From: Balanoglossus misakiensis
Lineage: Eukaryota > Animalia > Hemichordata
Length of the DNA: 64,000 nt
Direction of reading: 5' to 3'
Assembly: GCA_040954595.2 (NCBI GenBank)
Contig: CM082586.2
Span: 11,067,337-11,131,336, forward strand
In this document: in pieces, positions 47,901-62,800 of the stretch
Layout of the letters: the number at the start of each line of letters is the position of its first letter
Position numbering within the stretch: the stretch's first letter is position 1
Made by a program: the position numbers and the translations under genes
The notes under the pieces: generated by a model
Databases searched by the model: none
Seen by the model: the letters and a program-made list of their open reading frames with translations, nothing else
What the model was told of the DNA's origin: nothing

Positions 47901-50900
47901 TTTTTAAAAAAAACATGGGTGAAAATCATCAAAAAATGACAAATTTTCGACTTTGCAAAATCTCAAAATTTCGTCGATTTTTGAAAAAATCATGGGTGAA
48001 AATCATCAAAAAATGACAAATTTTCGACTGCAAAATCTCAAAATTTCGTCGATTTTTGAAAAAAAATCATGGGTGAAAAATCATCAAAAAATGACAAATT
48101 TTCGACTTTGCAAAATCTCAAAATTTAGTCAATTTTTGAAAAAATCATGGGTGAAAATCATCAAAAAATGACACATTTTCGACTTTGCAAAATCTCAAAA
48201 TTTCGTCCATTTCTGAAAAAAAATTATGGGTAAAAATCATCAAAAATGACAAATTTTCATCTTTGCAAAATCTCAAATTTTCGTCGATTTTTGAAAAAAA
48301 ATCATGGTTGAAAATCATCAAAAAATGACAAAATTTTCGACTTTGCAAAATCTCAACATTTCGTCGATTTTTGAAAAAAATCATGGGTGAAAATCATCAA
48401 AAAATGACAATTTTTCGACTTTGCAAAATCTCAACATTTCGTCGATTTTTGAAGAAAATCATGGGTGAAAATCATCAAAAAATGACAAATTTTCGACTTT
48501 GCAAAATCTCAAAATTTTTTCGATTTTGAAAAAAATCATAGGTTCGTCGATTTTTAAAAAAAAACATGGGTGAAAATCATCAAAAAATGACACATTTTCG
48601 ACTTTGCAAAATCTCAAAATTTCGTCGATTTTTGAAAAAAATCATGGGTGAAAATCATCAAAAAATGACAAAATTTTCGACTTTGCAAAATCTCAAAATT
48701 TCGTCGATTTTTGAAAAAAAATCATGGTTAAAAATCATCAAAAAATGACAAAATTTTCGACTTTGCAAAATCACAAAATTTCGTCGATTTTGAAAAAAAT
48801 CATAGGTACGTCGATTTTTTTAAAAAAAACATGGGTGAAAATCATCAAAAAATGACAAATTTTCGACTTTGCAAAATCTCAAAATTTCGTCGATTTTTGA
48901 AAAAATCATGGGTGAAAATCATCAAAAAATGACAAATTTTCGACTGCAAAATCTCAAAATTTCGTCGATTTTTGAAAAAAAATCATGGGTGAAAAATCAT
49001 CAAAAAATGACAAATTTTCGACTTTGCAAAATCTCAAAATTTAGTCAATTTTTGAAAAAATCATGGGTGAAAATCATCAAAAAATGACACATTTTCGACT
49101 TTGCAAAATCTCAAAATTTCGTCCATTTCTGAAAAAAAATTATGGGTAAAAATCATCAAAAATGACAAATTTTCATCTTTGCAAAATCTCAAATTTTCGT
49201 CGATTTTTGAAAAAAAATCATGGTTGAAAATCATCAAAAAATGACAAAATTTTCGACTTTGCAAAATCTCAACATTTCGTCGATTTTTGAAAAAAATCAT
49301 GGGTGAAAATCATCAAAAAATGACAATTTTTCGACTTTGCAAAATCTCAACATTTCGTCGATTTTTGAAGAAAATCATGGGTGAAAATCATCAAAAAATG
49401 ACAAATTTTCGACTTTGCAAAATCTCAAAATTTTTTCGATTTTGAAAAAAATCATAGGTTCGTCGATTTTTAAAAAAAAACATGGGTGAAAATCATCAAA
49501 AAATGACACATTTTCGACTTTGCAAAATCTCAAAATTTCGTCGATTTTTGAAAAAAATCATGGGTGAAAATCATCAAAAAATGACAAAATTTTCGACTTT
49601 GCAAAATCTCAAAATTTCGTCGATTTTTGAAAAAAAATCATGGTTAAAAATCATCAAAAAATGACAAAATTTTCGACTTTGCAAAATCACAAAATTTCGT
49701 CGATTTTGAAAAAAATCATAGGTACGTCGATTTTTTTAAAAAAAACATGGGTGAAAATCATCAAAAAATGACAAATTTTCGACTGCAAAATCTCAAAATT
49801 TCGTCGATTTTTGAAAAAAAATCATGGGTGAAAAATCATCAAAAAATGACAAATTTTCGACTTTGCAAAATCTCAAAATTTAGTCAATTTTTGAAAAAAT
49901 CATGGGTGAAAATCATCAAAAAATGACACATTTTCGACTTTGCAAAATCTCAAAATTTCGTCCATTTCTGAAAAAAAATTATGGGTAAAAATCATCAAAA
50001 ATGACAAATTTTCATCTTTGCAAAATCTCAAATTTTCGTCGATTTTTGAAAAAAAATCATGGTTGAAAATCATCAAAAAATGACAAAATTTTCGACTTTG
50101 CAAAATCTCAACATTTCGTCGATTTTTGAAAAAAATCATGGGTGAAAATCATCAAAAAATGACAATTTTTCGACTTTGCAAAATCTCAACATTTCGTCGA
50201 TTTTTGAAGAAAATCATGGGTGAAAATCATCAAAAAATGACAAATTTTCGACTTTGCAAAATCTCAAAATTTTTTCGATTTTGAAAAAAATCATAGGTTC
50301 GTCGATTTTTAAAAAAAAACATGGGTGAAAATCATCAAAAAATGACACATTTTCGACTTTGCAAAATCTCAAAATTTCGTCGATTTTTGAAAAAAATCAT
50401 GGGTGAAAATCATCAAAAAATGACAAATTTTCGACTGCAAAATCTCAAAATTTCGTCGATTTTTGAAAAAAAATCATGGGTGAAAAATCATCAAAAAATG
50501 ACAAATTTTCGACTTTGCAAAATCTCAAAATTTCGTCAATTTTTGAAGAAAATCATGGGTGAAAATCATCAAAAAATGACAAATTTTCGACTTTGCAAAA
50601 TCTCAAAATTTTTTCGATTTTTGAAAAAAGACATGGGTGAAAATCATCAAAAAATGACAAATTTTCGACTTTGCAAAATCTCAAAATTTCGTCGATTTTT
50701 GAAAAAATCATGGGTGAAAATCATCAAAAAATGACAAATTTTCGACTGCAAAATCTCAAAATTTCGTCGATTTTTGAAAAAAAATCATGGGTGAAAAATC
50801 ATCAAAAAATGACAAATTTTCGACTTTGCAAAATCTCAAAATTTAGTCAATTTTTGAAAAAATCATGGGTGAAAATCATCAAAAAATGACAAATTTTCAT

Positions 50901-53900
50901 GTTTGCAAAATCTCAAAATTTCGTCGGTTTTTGAAAAATAATATGGGTGAAAATCATCAAAAAATGACAAATTTTCGACTGCAAAAACTCAAAATTTCAT
51001 CAATTTTGAAAAAAATCATGGGTGAAAATCATCAAAAAATGACAAATTTTCCTCTTTGCAAAATCTATAAATTTCGTCGATTTTTGAAAAATTTTCAACT
51101 TTGCAAAATCTAAAAATTTCGTCGATTTTTGAAAAAAATCATGGGGGAAAATCATCAAAAAATGACACATTTTCGACTTTGCAAAATCTCAAAATTTCGT
51201 CGATTTTTGAAAAAAAATCATGGGTGAAAAATCATCAAAAAATGACAAATTTTCGACTTTGCAAAATCTCAAAATTTAGTCAATTTTTGAAAAAATCATG
51301 GGTGAAAATCATCAAAAAATGACAAAATTTTCGACTTTGCAAAATCTCAACATTTCGTCGATTTTTGAAGAAAATCATGGGTGAAAATCATCAAAAAATG
51401 ACAAATTTTCGACTTTGCAAAATCTCAAAATTTTTTCGATTTTGAAAAAAATCATAGGTTCGTCGATTTTTAAAAAAAAACATGGGTGAAAATCATCAAA
51501 AAATGACACATTTTCGACTTTGCAAAATCTCAAAATTTCGTCGATTTTTGAAAAAAATCATGGGTGAAAATCATCAAAAAATGACAAAATTTTCGACTTT
51601 GCAAAATCTCAAAATTTCGTCGATTTTTGAAAAAAAATCATGGTTAAAAATCATCAAAAAATGACAAAATTTTCGACTTTGCAAAATCACAAAATTTCGT
51701 CGATTTTGAAAAAAATCATAGGTACGTCGATTTTTTTAAAAAAAACATGGGTGAAAATCATCAAAAAATGACAAATTTTCGACTGCAAAATCTCAAAATT
51801 TCGTCGATTTTTGAAAAAAAATCATGGGTGAAAAATCATCAAAAAATGACAAATTTTCGACTTTGCAAAATCTCAAAATTTAGTCAATTTTTGAAAAAAT
51901 CATGGGTGAAAATCATCAAAAAATGACACATTTTCGACTTTGCAAAATCTCAAAATTTCGTCCATTTCTGAAAAAAAATTATGGGTAAAAATCATCAAAA
52001 ATGACAAATTTTCATCTTTGCAAAATCTCAAATTTTTGTCGATTTTGAAAAAAATCATAGGTACGTCGATTTTTTTAAAAAAAACATGGGTGAAAATCAT
52101 CAAAAAATGACAAATTTTCGACTTTGCAAAATCTCAAAATTTCGTCGATTTTTGAAAAAATCATGGGTGAAAATCATCAAAAAATGACAAATTTTCGACT
52201 GCAAAATCTCAAAATTTCGTCGATTTTTGAAAAAAAATCATGGGTGAAAAATCATCAAAAAATGACAAATTTTCGACTTTGCAAAATCTCAAAATTTAGT
52301 CAATTTTTGAAAAAATCATGGGTGAAAATCATCAAAAAATGACACATTTTCGACTTTGCAAAATCTCAAAATTTCGTCCATTTCTGAAAAAAAATTATGG
52401 GTAAAAATCATCAAAAATGACAAATTTTCATCTTTGCAAAATCTCAAATTTTCGTCGATTTTTGAAAAAAAATCATGGTTGAAAATCATCAAAAAATGAC
52501 AAAATTTTCGACTTTGCAAAATCTCAACATTTCGTCGATTTTTGAAAAAAATCATGGGTGAAAATCATCAAAAAATGACAATTTTTCGACTTTGCAAAAT
52601 CTCAACATTTCGTCGATTTTTGAAGAAAATCATGGGTGAAAATCATCAAAAAATGACAAATTTTCGACTTTGCAAAATCTCAAAATTTTTTCGATTTTGA
52701 AAAAAATCATAGGTTCGTCGATTTTTAAAAAAAAACATGGGTGAAAATCATCAAAAAATGACACATTTTCGACTTTGCAAAATCTCAAAATTTCGTCGAT
52801 TTTTGAAAAAAATCATGGGTGAAAATCATCAAAAAATGACAAAATTTTCGACTTTGCAAAATCTCAAAATTTCGTCGATTTTTGAAAAAAAATCATGGTT
52901 AAAAATCATCAAAAAATGACAAAATTTTCGACTTTGCAAAATCACAAAATTTCGTCGATTTTGAAAAAAATCATAGGTACGTCGATTTTTTTAAAAAAAA
53001 CATGGGTGAAAATCATCAAAAAATGACAAATTTTCGACTGCAAAATCTCAAAATTTCGTCGATTTTTGAAAAAAAATCATGGGTGAAAAATCATCAAAAA
53101 ATGACAAATTTTCGACTTTGCAAAATCTCAAAATTTAGTCAATTTTTGAAAAAATCATGGGTGAAAATCATCAAAAAATGACACATTTTCGACTTTGCAA
53201 AATCTCAAAATTTCGTCCATTTCTGAAAAAAAATTATGGGTAAAAATCATCAAAAATGACAAATTTTCATCTTTGCAAAATCTCAAATTTTCGTCGATTT
53301 TTGAAAAAAAATCATGGTTGAAAATCATCAAAAAATGACAAAATTTTCGACTTTGCAAAATCTCAACATTTCGTCGATTTTTGAAAAAAATCATGGGTGA
53401 AAATCATCAAAAAATGACAATTTTTCGACTTTGCAAAATCTCAACATTTCGTCGATTTTTGAAGAAAATCATGGGTGAAAATCATCAAAAAATGACAAAT
53501 TTTCGACTTTGCAAAATCTCAAAATTTTTTCGATTTTGAAAAAAATCATAGGTTCGTCGATTTTTAAAAAAAAACATGGGTGAAAATCATCAAAAAATGA
53601 CACATTTTCGACTTTGCAAAATCTCAAAATTTCGTCGATTTTTGAAAAAAATCATGGGTGAAAATCATCAAAAAATGACAAATTTTCGACTGCAAAATCT
53701 CAAAATTTCGTCGATTTTTGAAAAAAAATCATGGGTGAAAAATCATCAAAAAATGACAAATTTTCGACTTTGCAAAATCTCAAAATTTCGTCAATTTTTG
53801 AAGAAAATCATGGGTGAAAATCATCAAAAAATGACAAATTTTCGACTTTGCAAAATCTCAAAATTTTTTCGATTTTTGAAAAAAGACATGGGTGAAAATC

Positions 53901-56900
53901 ATCAAAAAATGACAAATTTTCGACTTTGCAAAATCTCAAAATTTCGTCGATTTTTGAAAAAATCATGGGTGAAAATCATCAAAAAATGACAAATTTTCGA
54001 CTGCAAAATCTCAAAATTTCGTCGATTTTTGAAAAAAAATCATGGGTGAAAAATCATCAAAAAATGACAAATTTTCGACTTTGCAAAATCTCAAAATTTA
54101 GTCAATTTTTGAAAAAATCATGGGTGAAAATCATCAAAAAATGACAAATTTTCATGTTTGCAAAATCTCAAAATTTCGTCGGTTTTTGAAAAATAATATG
54201 GGTGAAAATCATCAAAAAATGACAAATTTTCGACTGCAAAAACTCAAAATTTCATCAATTTTGAAAAAAATCATGGGTGAAAATCATCAAAAAATGACAA
54301 ATTTTCCTCTTTGCAAAATCTATAAATTTCGTCGATTTTTGAAAAATTTTCAACTTTGCAAAATCTAAAAATTTCGTCGATTTTTGAAAAAAATCATGGG
54401 GGAAAATCATCAAAAAATGACACATTTTCGACTTTGCAAAATCTCAAAATTTCGTCGATTTTTGAAAAAAAATCATGGGTGAAAAATCATCAAAAAATGA
54501 CAAATTTTCGACTTTGCAAAATCTCAAAATTTAGTCAATTTTTGAAAAAATCATGGGTGAAAATCATCAAAAAATGACAAAATTTTCGACTTTGCAAAAT
54601 CTCAACATTTCGTCGATTTTTGAAAAAAATCATGGGTGAAAATCATCAAAAAATGACAATTTTTCGACTTTGCAAAATCTCAACATTTCGTCGATTTTTG
54701 AAGAAAATCATGGGTGAAAATCATCAAAAAATGACAAATTTTCGACTTTGCAAAATCTCAAAATTTTTTCGATTTTAAAAAAAATCATAGGTTCGTCGAT
54801 TTTTAAAAAAAAACATGGGTGAAAATCATCAAAAAATGACACATTTTCGACTTTGCAAAATCTCAAAATTTAGTCAATTTTTGAAAAAATCATGGGTGAA
54901 AATCATCAAAAAATGACAAATTTTCCTCTTTGCAAAATCTATAAATTTCGTCGATTTTTGAAAAATTTTCAACTTTGCAAAATCTCAAAATTTCGTCGAT
55001 TTTTGAAAAAAATCATGGGGGAAAATCATCAAAAAATGACACATTTTCGACTTTGCAAAATCTCAAAATTTCGTCGATTTTTGAAAAAAAATCATGGGTG
55101 AAAATCATCAAAAAATGACAAATTTTGAAAAAAAACGGGTGAAAATCATCAAAAAATGACACATTTTCGACTTTGCAAAATCTCAAAATTTCGTCGATTT
55201 TTGAAAAAATCATGGGTGAAAATCATCAAAAAATGACAAATTTTCGACTGCAAAATCTCGAAATTTCGTCGTTTTTTGAAAAAAAATCATGGGTGAAAAA
55301 TCATCAAAAAATGACAAATTTTCGACTTTGCAAAATCTCAAAATTTCGTCGATTTTTGAAAAAAATCATGGGGGAAAATCATGAAAAAAATGACAAATTT
55401 TCCTCTTTGCAAAATCTCAAAATTTCGTCGATTTTTAAAAAAAGACATGGGTGAAAATCATCAAAAAATAACAAATTTTCGACTTTGCAAAATCTCAAAA
55501 TTTCGTCCATTTTTGAAAAAAAATCATGGGTAAAAATCATCAAAAAATGACACATTTTCGACTTTGCAAAATCTCAAAATTTCGTCGATTTTTGAAAAAA
55601 AATCATGGGTGAAAATCAACAAAAAATGACAAATTTTCGTCTTTGCAAAATCTCAAAATTTCGTCCATTTCTGAAAAAAAATTATGGGTAAAAATCATCA
55701 AAAATGACAAATTTTCATCTTTGCAAAATCTCAAATTTTCGTCGATTTTGAAAAAAATCATAGGTACGTCGATTTTTTTAAAAAAAACATGGGTGAAAAT
55801 CATCAAAAAATGACAAATTTTCGACTTTGCAAAATCTCAAAATTTCGTCGATTTTTGAAAAAATCATGGGTGAAAATCATCAAAAAATGACAAATTTTCG
55901 ACTGCAAAATCTCAAAATTTCGTCGATTTTTGAAAAAAAATCATGGGTGAAAAATCATCAAAAAATGACAAATTTTCGACTTTGCAAAATCTCAAAATTT
56001 AGTCAATTTTTGAAAAAATCATGGGTGAAAATCATCAAAAAATGACAAATTTTCGACTTTGCAAAATCTCAAAATTTCGTCGATTTTTGAAAAAAATCAT
56101 GGGGGAAAATCATCAAAAAATGACAAATTTTCGACTGCAAAAACTCAAAATTTCATCAATTTTGAAAAAAATCATGGGTGAAAATCATCAAAAAATGACA
56201 AATTTTCCTCTTTGCAAAATCTATAAATTTCGTCGATTTTTGAAAAATTTTCAACTTTGCAAAATCTCAAAATTTCGTCGATTTTTGAAAAAAATCATGG
56301 GGGAAAATCATCAAAAAATGACACATTTTCGACTTTGCAAAATCTCAAAATTTCGTCGATTTTTGAAAAAAAATCATGGGTGAAAATCATCAAAAAATGA
56401 CAAATTTTGAAAAAAAACGGGTGAAAATCATCAAAAAATGACACATTTTCGACTTTGCAAAATCTCAAAATTTCGTCGATTTTTGAAAAAAAATCATGGG
56501 TGAAAATCATCAAAAAATGACAAATTTTCGTCTTTGCAAAATCTCAAAATTTCGTCCATTTTTGAAAAAAAATCATGGGGGAAAATCATCAAAAAATGAC
56601 AAATTTTCGACTTTGCAAAATCTCAAAATTTCGTCGATTTTGAAAAAAACCATTGGGGGAAAATCATCAAAAAATGACAAATTTTCGATTTTGCAAAATC
56701 TCAAAATTTCGTCGATTTTTGAAAAAAAATCAGGGTTGAAAATCATCAAAAAATGACAAAATTTTCGACTTTGCAAAATCACAAAATTTCGTCGATTTTG
56801 AAAAAAATCATAGGTTCGTCGATTTTTAAAAAAAAAACATGGGTGAAAATCATCAAAAAATGACACATTTTCGACTGCAAAATCTCAAAATTTCGTCGAT

Positions 56901-59830
56901 TTTTGAAAAAAAATCATGGGTGAAAAATCATCAAAAAATGACAAATTTTCGACTTTGCAAAATCTCAAAATTTCGTCAATTTTGAAAAAAAATCATGGGT
57001 GAAAAATCATCAAAAAATGACAAATTTTCGACTTTGCAAAATCTCAAAATTTAGTCAATTTTTGAAAAAATCATGGGTGAAAATCATCAAAAAATGACAA
57101 ATTTTCGACTTTGCAAAATCTCAAAATTTCGTCGATTTTTGAAAAAAATCATGGGGGAAAATCATCAAAAAATGACAAATTTTCGACTGCAAAAACTCAA
57201 AATTTCATCAATTTTGAAAAAAATCATGGGTGAAAATCATCAAAAAATGACAAATTTTCCTCTTTGCAAAATCTATAAATTTCGTCGATTTTTGAAAAAT
57301 TTTCAACTTTGCAAAATCTCAAAATTTCGTCGATTTTTGAAAAAAATCATGGGGGAAAATCATCAAAAAATGACACATTTTCGACTTTGCAAAATCTCAA
57401 AATTTCGTCGATTTTTGAAAAAAAATCATGGGTGAAAATCATCAAAAAATGACAAATTTTGAAAAAAAACGGGTGAAAATCATCAAAAAATGACACATTT
57501 TCGACTTTGCAAAATCTCAAAATTTCGTCGATTTTTGAAAAAAAATCATGGGTGAAAATCATCAAAAAATGACAAATTTTCGTCTTTGCAAAATCTCAAA
57601 ATTTCGTCCATTTTTGAAAAAAAATCATGGGGGAAAATCATCAAAAAATGACAAATTTTCGACTTTGCAAAATCTCAAAATTTCGTCGATTTTGAAAAAA
57701 ACCATTGGGGGAAAATCATCAAAAAATGACAAATTTTCGATTTTGCAAAATCTCAAAATTTCGTCGATTTTTGAAAAAAAATCAGGGTTGAAAATCATCA
57801 AAAAATGACAAAATTTTCGACTTTGCAAAATCACAAAATTTCGTCGATTTTGAAAAAAATCATAGGTTCGTCGATTTTTAAAAAAAAAACATGGGTGAAA
57901 ATCATCAAAAAATGACACATTTTCGACTTTGCAAAATCTCAAAATTTCGTCGATTTTTGAAAAAAATCATGGGTGTAAATCATCAAAAAATGACAAAATT
58001 TTCGACTTTGCAAAATCTCAAAATTTCGTCGATTTTTGAAAAAAAATCATGGTTGAAAATCATCAAAAAATGACAAAATTTTCGACTTTGCAAAATCACA
58101 AAATTTCGTCGATTTTGAAAAAAATCATAGGTTCGTCGATTTTTAAAAAAAAAACATGGGTGAAAATCATCAAAAAATGACACATTTTCGACTTTGCAAA
58201 ATCTCAAAATTTCGTCGATTTTTGAAAAAAATCATGGGTGAAAATCATCAAAAAATGACAAATTTTCGACTTTGCAAAATCTCAAAATTTCGTCGATTTT
58301 TGAAAAAAATCATGGGTGAAAATCATGAAAAAATGACAAATTTTGAAAAAAAAACGGGTGAAAATCATCAAAAAATGACACATTTTCGACTTTGCAAAAT
58401 CTCAAAATTTCGTCCATTTCTGAAAAAAAATTATGGGTAAAAATCATCAAAAATGACAAATTTTCATCTTTGCAAAATCTCAAATTTTCGTCGATTTTTG
58501 AAAAAAAATCATGGTTGAAAATCATCAAAAAATGACAAAATTTTCGACTTTGCAAAATCTCAACATTTCGTCGATTTTTGAAAAAAATCATGGGTGAAAA
58601 TCATCAAAAAATGACAATTTTTCGACTTTGCAAAATCTCAACATTTCGTCGATTTTTGAAAAAAATCATGGGTGAAAATCATCAAAAAATGACAAATTTT
58701 CGACTTCGCAAAATCTCAAAATTTCGTCGATTTTTGAAAAAAATCATGGGTGAAAATAATCAAAAAATGACAAATTTTCGACTTTGCAAAATCTCAAAAT
58801 TTCGTCGATTTTTGAAGAAAATCATGGGTGAAAATCATCAAAAAATGACAAATTTTCGACTTTGCAAAATCTCAAAATTTCGTCGATTTTTGAAGAAAAT
58901 CATGGGTGAAAATCATCAAAAAATGACAAATTTTCGACTTTGCAAAATCTCAAAATTTCGTCGATTTTGAAAAAAACCATTGGGGGAAAATCATCAAAAA
59001 ATGACAAATTTTCGATTTTGCAAAATCTCAAAATTTCGTCGATTTTTGAAAAAAAATCAGGGTTGAAAATCATCAAAAAATGACAAAATTTTGGACTTTG
59101 CAAAATCACAAAATTTCGTCGATTTTGAAAAAAATCATAGGTTCGTCGATTTTTAAAAAAAAAACATGGGTGAAAATCATCAAAAAATGACACATTTTCG
59201 ACTTTGCAAAATCTCAAAATTTCGTCGATTTTTGAAAAAAATCATGGGTGAAAATCATGAAAAAATGACAAATTTTGAAAAAAAACGGGTGAAAATCATC
59301 AAAAAATGACAAATTTTCGACTGCAAAAACTCAAAATTTCGTCAATTTTGAAAAAAATCATGGGTGAAAATCATCAAAAAATGACAAATTTTCCTCTTTG
59401 CAAAATCTATAAATTTCGTCGATTTTTGAAAAATTTTCAACTTTGCAAAATCTCAAAATTTCGTCGATTTTTGAAGAAAATCATGGGTGAAAATCATCAA
59501 AAAATGACAAATTTTCGACTTTGCAAAATCTCAAAATTTCGTCGATTTTTGAAAAAATCATGGGTGAAAATCATCAAAAAATGACAAATTTTCGACTGCA
59601 AAATCTCAAAATTTCGTCGATTTTTGAAAAAAATCATGGGTGAAAATCATGAAAAAATGACAAATTTTGAAAAAAAACGGGTGAAAATCATCAAAAAATG
59701 ACACATTTTCGACTTTGCAAAATCTCAAATTTTCGTCGATTTTTGAAAAAAAATCATGGTTGAAAATCATCAAAAAATGACAAAATTTTCGACTTTGCAA
59801 AATCTCAAAATTTCGTCGATTTTTGAAAAA
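27000..59830 (+). repeat. Central satellite domain: ~12.6-kb unit (27.0-39.57 kb) plus expanded second copy (39.57-59.83 kb)
   Basis: Offsets of 12565 (27006/39571), 13840 (28507/42347 through 33050/46890) and ~20339 (33587/53926 through 38239/58578), supported by shared private variants. Confidence 0.85.
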
Positions 59831-62800
59831 AATCATGGGGGAAAATCATCAAAAAATGACAAATTTTCGACTGCAAAATCTCAAAATTTCGTCGATTTTT
59901 GAAATAAATCATTGTTAAAAATTATCAAAAATTGACAAATTTTCCTCTTTGCAAAATCTCAAAATTTCGTCGATTTTTTGAAAAAAGACGGGTGAAAATC
60001 ATCTAAAAATGACAAATTTTCGACTTTGCAAAATCTCAAAATTTCGTTGATTTTTGAAAAAAATCATGGGGGAAAATCATCAAAAATGACAAATTTACGA
60101 CTACAAAATCTCAAAATTTCGTCGACTTGTGAAAAAAAATCATGGGTGAAAATCATCAAAAAATGACAAATTTTTGACTTTGCACAATCTCAAAATTTCG
60201 TCAATTTTGAAAAAAATCATGGGTGAAAATCATCAAAAAATGACAAATTTTCGACTTTGCAAAATCTGAAAATTTCATCGATTTTTGAAAAAATCATGGG
60301 TGAAAATCATGAAAAAATGACAAATTTTTGACTTTGCACAATCTCAAAATTTCGTCGATTTTTGAAAAAAATCATGGGGAAAATGATCAAAAAATGACAA
60401 ATTTTCGACTGCAAAATTTCAAAATTTCGTCAATTTTGAAAAAATCATGGGTGAAAATCATCAAAAAATGACAAATTTTCGACTGCAAAATCTCAAAATT
60501 TCGTCGATTTTTGAAAAAAAACGGGTGAAAATCATCAAAAAATGACAAATTTTCGACTGCAAAAACTCAAAATTTCGTCAATTTTGAAAAAAATCATGGG
60601 TGAAAATCATCAAAAAATGACAAATTTTCCTCTTTGCAAAATCTATAAATTTCGTCGATTTTTGAAAAATTTTCAACTTTTCAAAATCTCAAAATTTCGT
60701 CGATTTTTGAAAAAAATCATGGGGGAAAATCATCAAAAAATGACAAATTTTTGACTGAAAAATCTCAAATTTTCGTCGATTTTTTAAAAAAATTGTTGAA
60801 AATCATCAAAAAATTACAAATTTTTGACTTTGCAAAATCTGAAAATTTCGTCGATTTTTGAGAAAAATCGGGTGAAAATCATCAAAAAATGACAAATTTT
60901 CGACTTTGCAAAATCTCAAATTTTCGTCGATTTTTGAAAAAAATCATGGGGGAAAATGATCAAAAAATGACAAATTTTCGATTGCAAAATTTCAAAATTT
61001 CGTCAATTTTGAAAAAATCATGGGTGAAAATCATCAAAAAATGACAAATTTTCGACTGCAAAAACTCAAAATTTCATCAATTTTGAAAAAAATCATGGGT
61101 GAAAATCATCAAAAAATGACAAATTTTCCTCTTTGCAAAATCTATAAATTTCGTCGATTTTTGAAAAATTTTCAACTTTGCAAAATCTCAAAATTTCGTC
61201 GATTTTTGAAAAAAATCATGGGGGAAAATCATCAAAAAATGACAAATTTTCGACTGCAAAATCTCAAAATTTCGTCGATTTTTGAAATAAATCATTGTTA
61301 AAAATTATCAAAAATTGACAAATTTTCGACTTTGCAAAATCTCAACATTTCGTCGATTTTTGAAAAAAATCATGGGTGAAAATCATCAAAAAATGACAAA
61401 TTTTCGACTTTGCAAAATCTCAACATTTCGTCGATTTTTGAAAAAAATCATGGGCGAAAATCATCAAAAAATGACAAATTTTCGACTTCGCAAAATCTCA
61501 AAATTTCGTCGATTTTTGAAAAAAATCATCGGTGAAAATCATCAAAAAATGACACATTTTCTACTTTGCAAAATCTCAAAATTTCGTCGATTTTTGAAAA
61601 AAAATCATGGGTGAAAATCATCAAAAAATGACAAATTTTGAAAAAAAACGGGTGAAAATCATCAAAAAATGACACATTTTCGACTTTGCAAAATCTCAAA
61701 ATTTCGTCGATTTTTGAAAAAAATCATGGGTGAAAATCATCAAAAAATGACAAATTTTCGTCTTTGCAAAATCTCAAAATTTCGTCCATTTTTGAAAAAA
61801 AATCATGGGGGAAAATCATCAAAAAATGACAAATTTTCGACTTTGCAAAATCTCAAAATTTCGTCGATTTTGAAAAAAACCATTGGGGGAAAATCCTCAA
61901 AAAATGACAAATTTTCGATTTTGCAAAATCTCAAAATTTCGTCGATTTTTGAAAAAAAATCAGGGTTGAAAATCATCAAAAAATGACAAAATTTTCGACT
62001 TTGCAAAATCACAAAATTTCGTCGATTTTGAAAAAAATCATAGGTTCGTCGATTTTTTAAAAAAAAAACATGGGTGAAAATCATCAAAAATGACACATTT
62101 TCGACTTTGCAAAATCTCAAAATTTCGTCGATTTTTGAAAAAAATCATGGGTGAAAATCATCAAAAAATGACACATTTTCGACTTTGCAAAATCTCAAAA
62201 TTTCGTCGATTTTTGAAAAAAAATCATGGGTGAAAATCATCAAAAAATGACAAATTTTGAAAAAAAACGGGTGAAAATCATCAAAAAATGACACATTTTC
62301 GATTTTGCAAAATCTCAAAATTTCGTCGTTTTTTGAAAAAAAATCAGGGTTGAAAATCATCAAAAAATGACAAAATTTTCGACTTTGCAAAATCACAAAA
62401 TTTCGTCGATTTTGAAAAAAATCATAGGTTCATCGATTTTTAAAAAAAAAACATGGGTGAAAATCATCAAAAAATGACACATTTTCGACTTTGCAAAATC
62501 TCAAAATTTCGTCGATTTTTGAAAAAAATCATGGGTGAAAATCATCGAAAAATGACAAATTTTCGACTTTGCAAAATCTCAAAATTTCGTCGATTTTTGA
62601 AAAAAATCATGGGTGAAAATCATGAAAAAATGACAAATTTTGAAAAAAAAACGGGTGAAAATCATCAAAAAATGACACATTTTCGACTTTGCAAAATCTC
62701 AAATTTTCGTCGATTTTTGAAAAAAAATCATGGTTGAAAATCATCAAAAATGACAAATTTACGACTACAAAATCTCAAAATTTCGTCGACTTGTGAAAAA

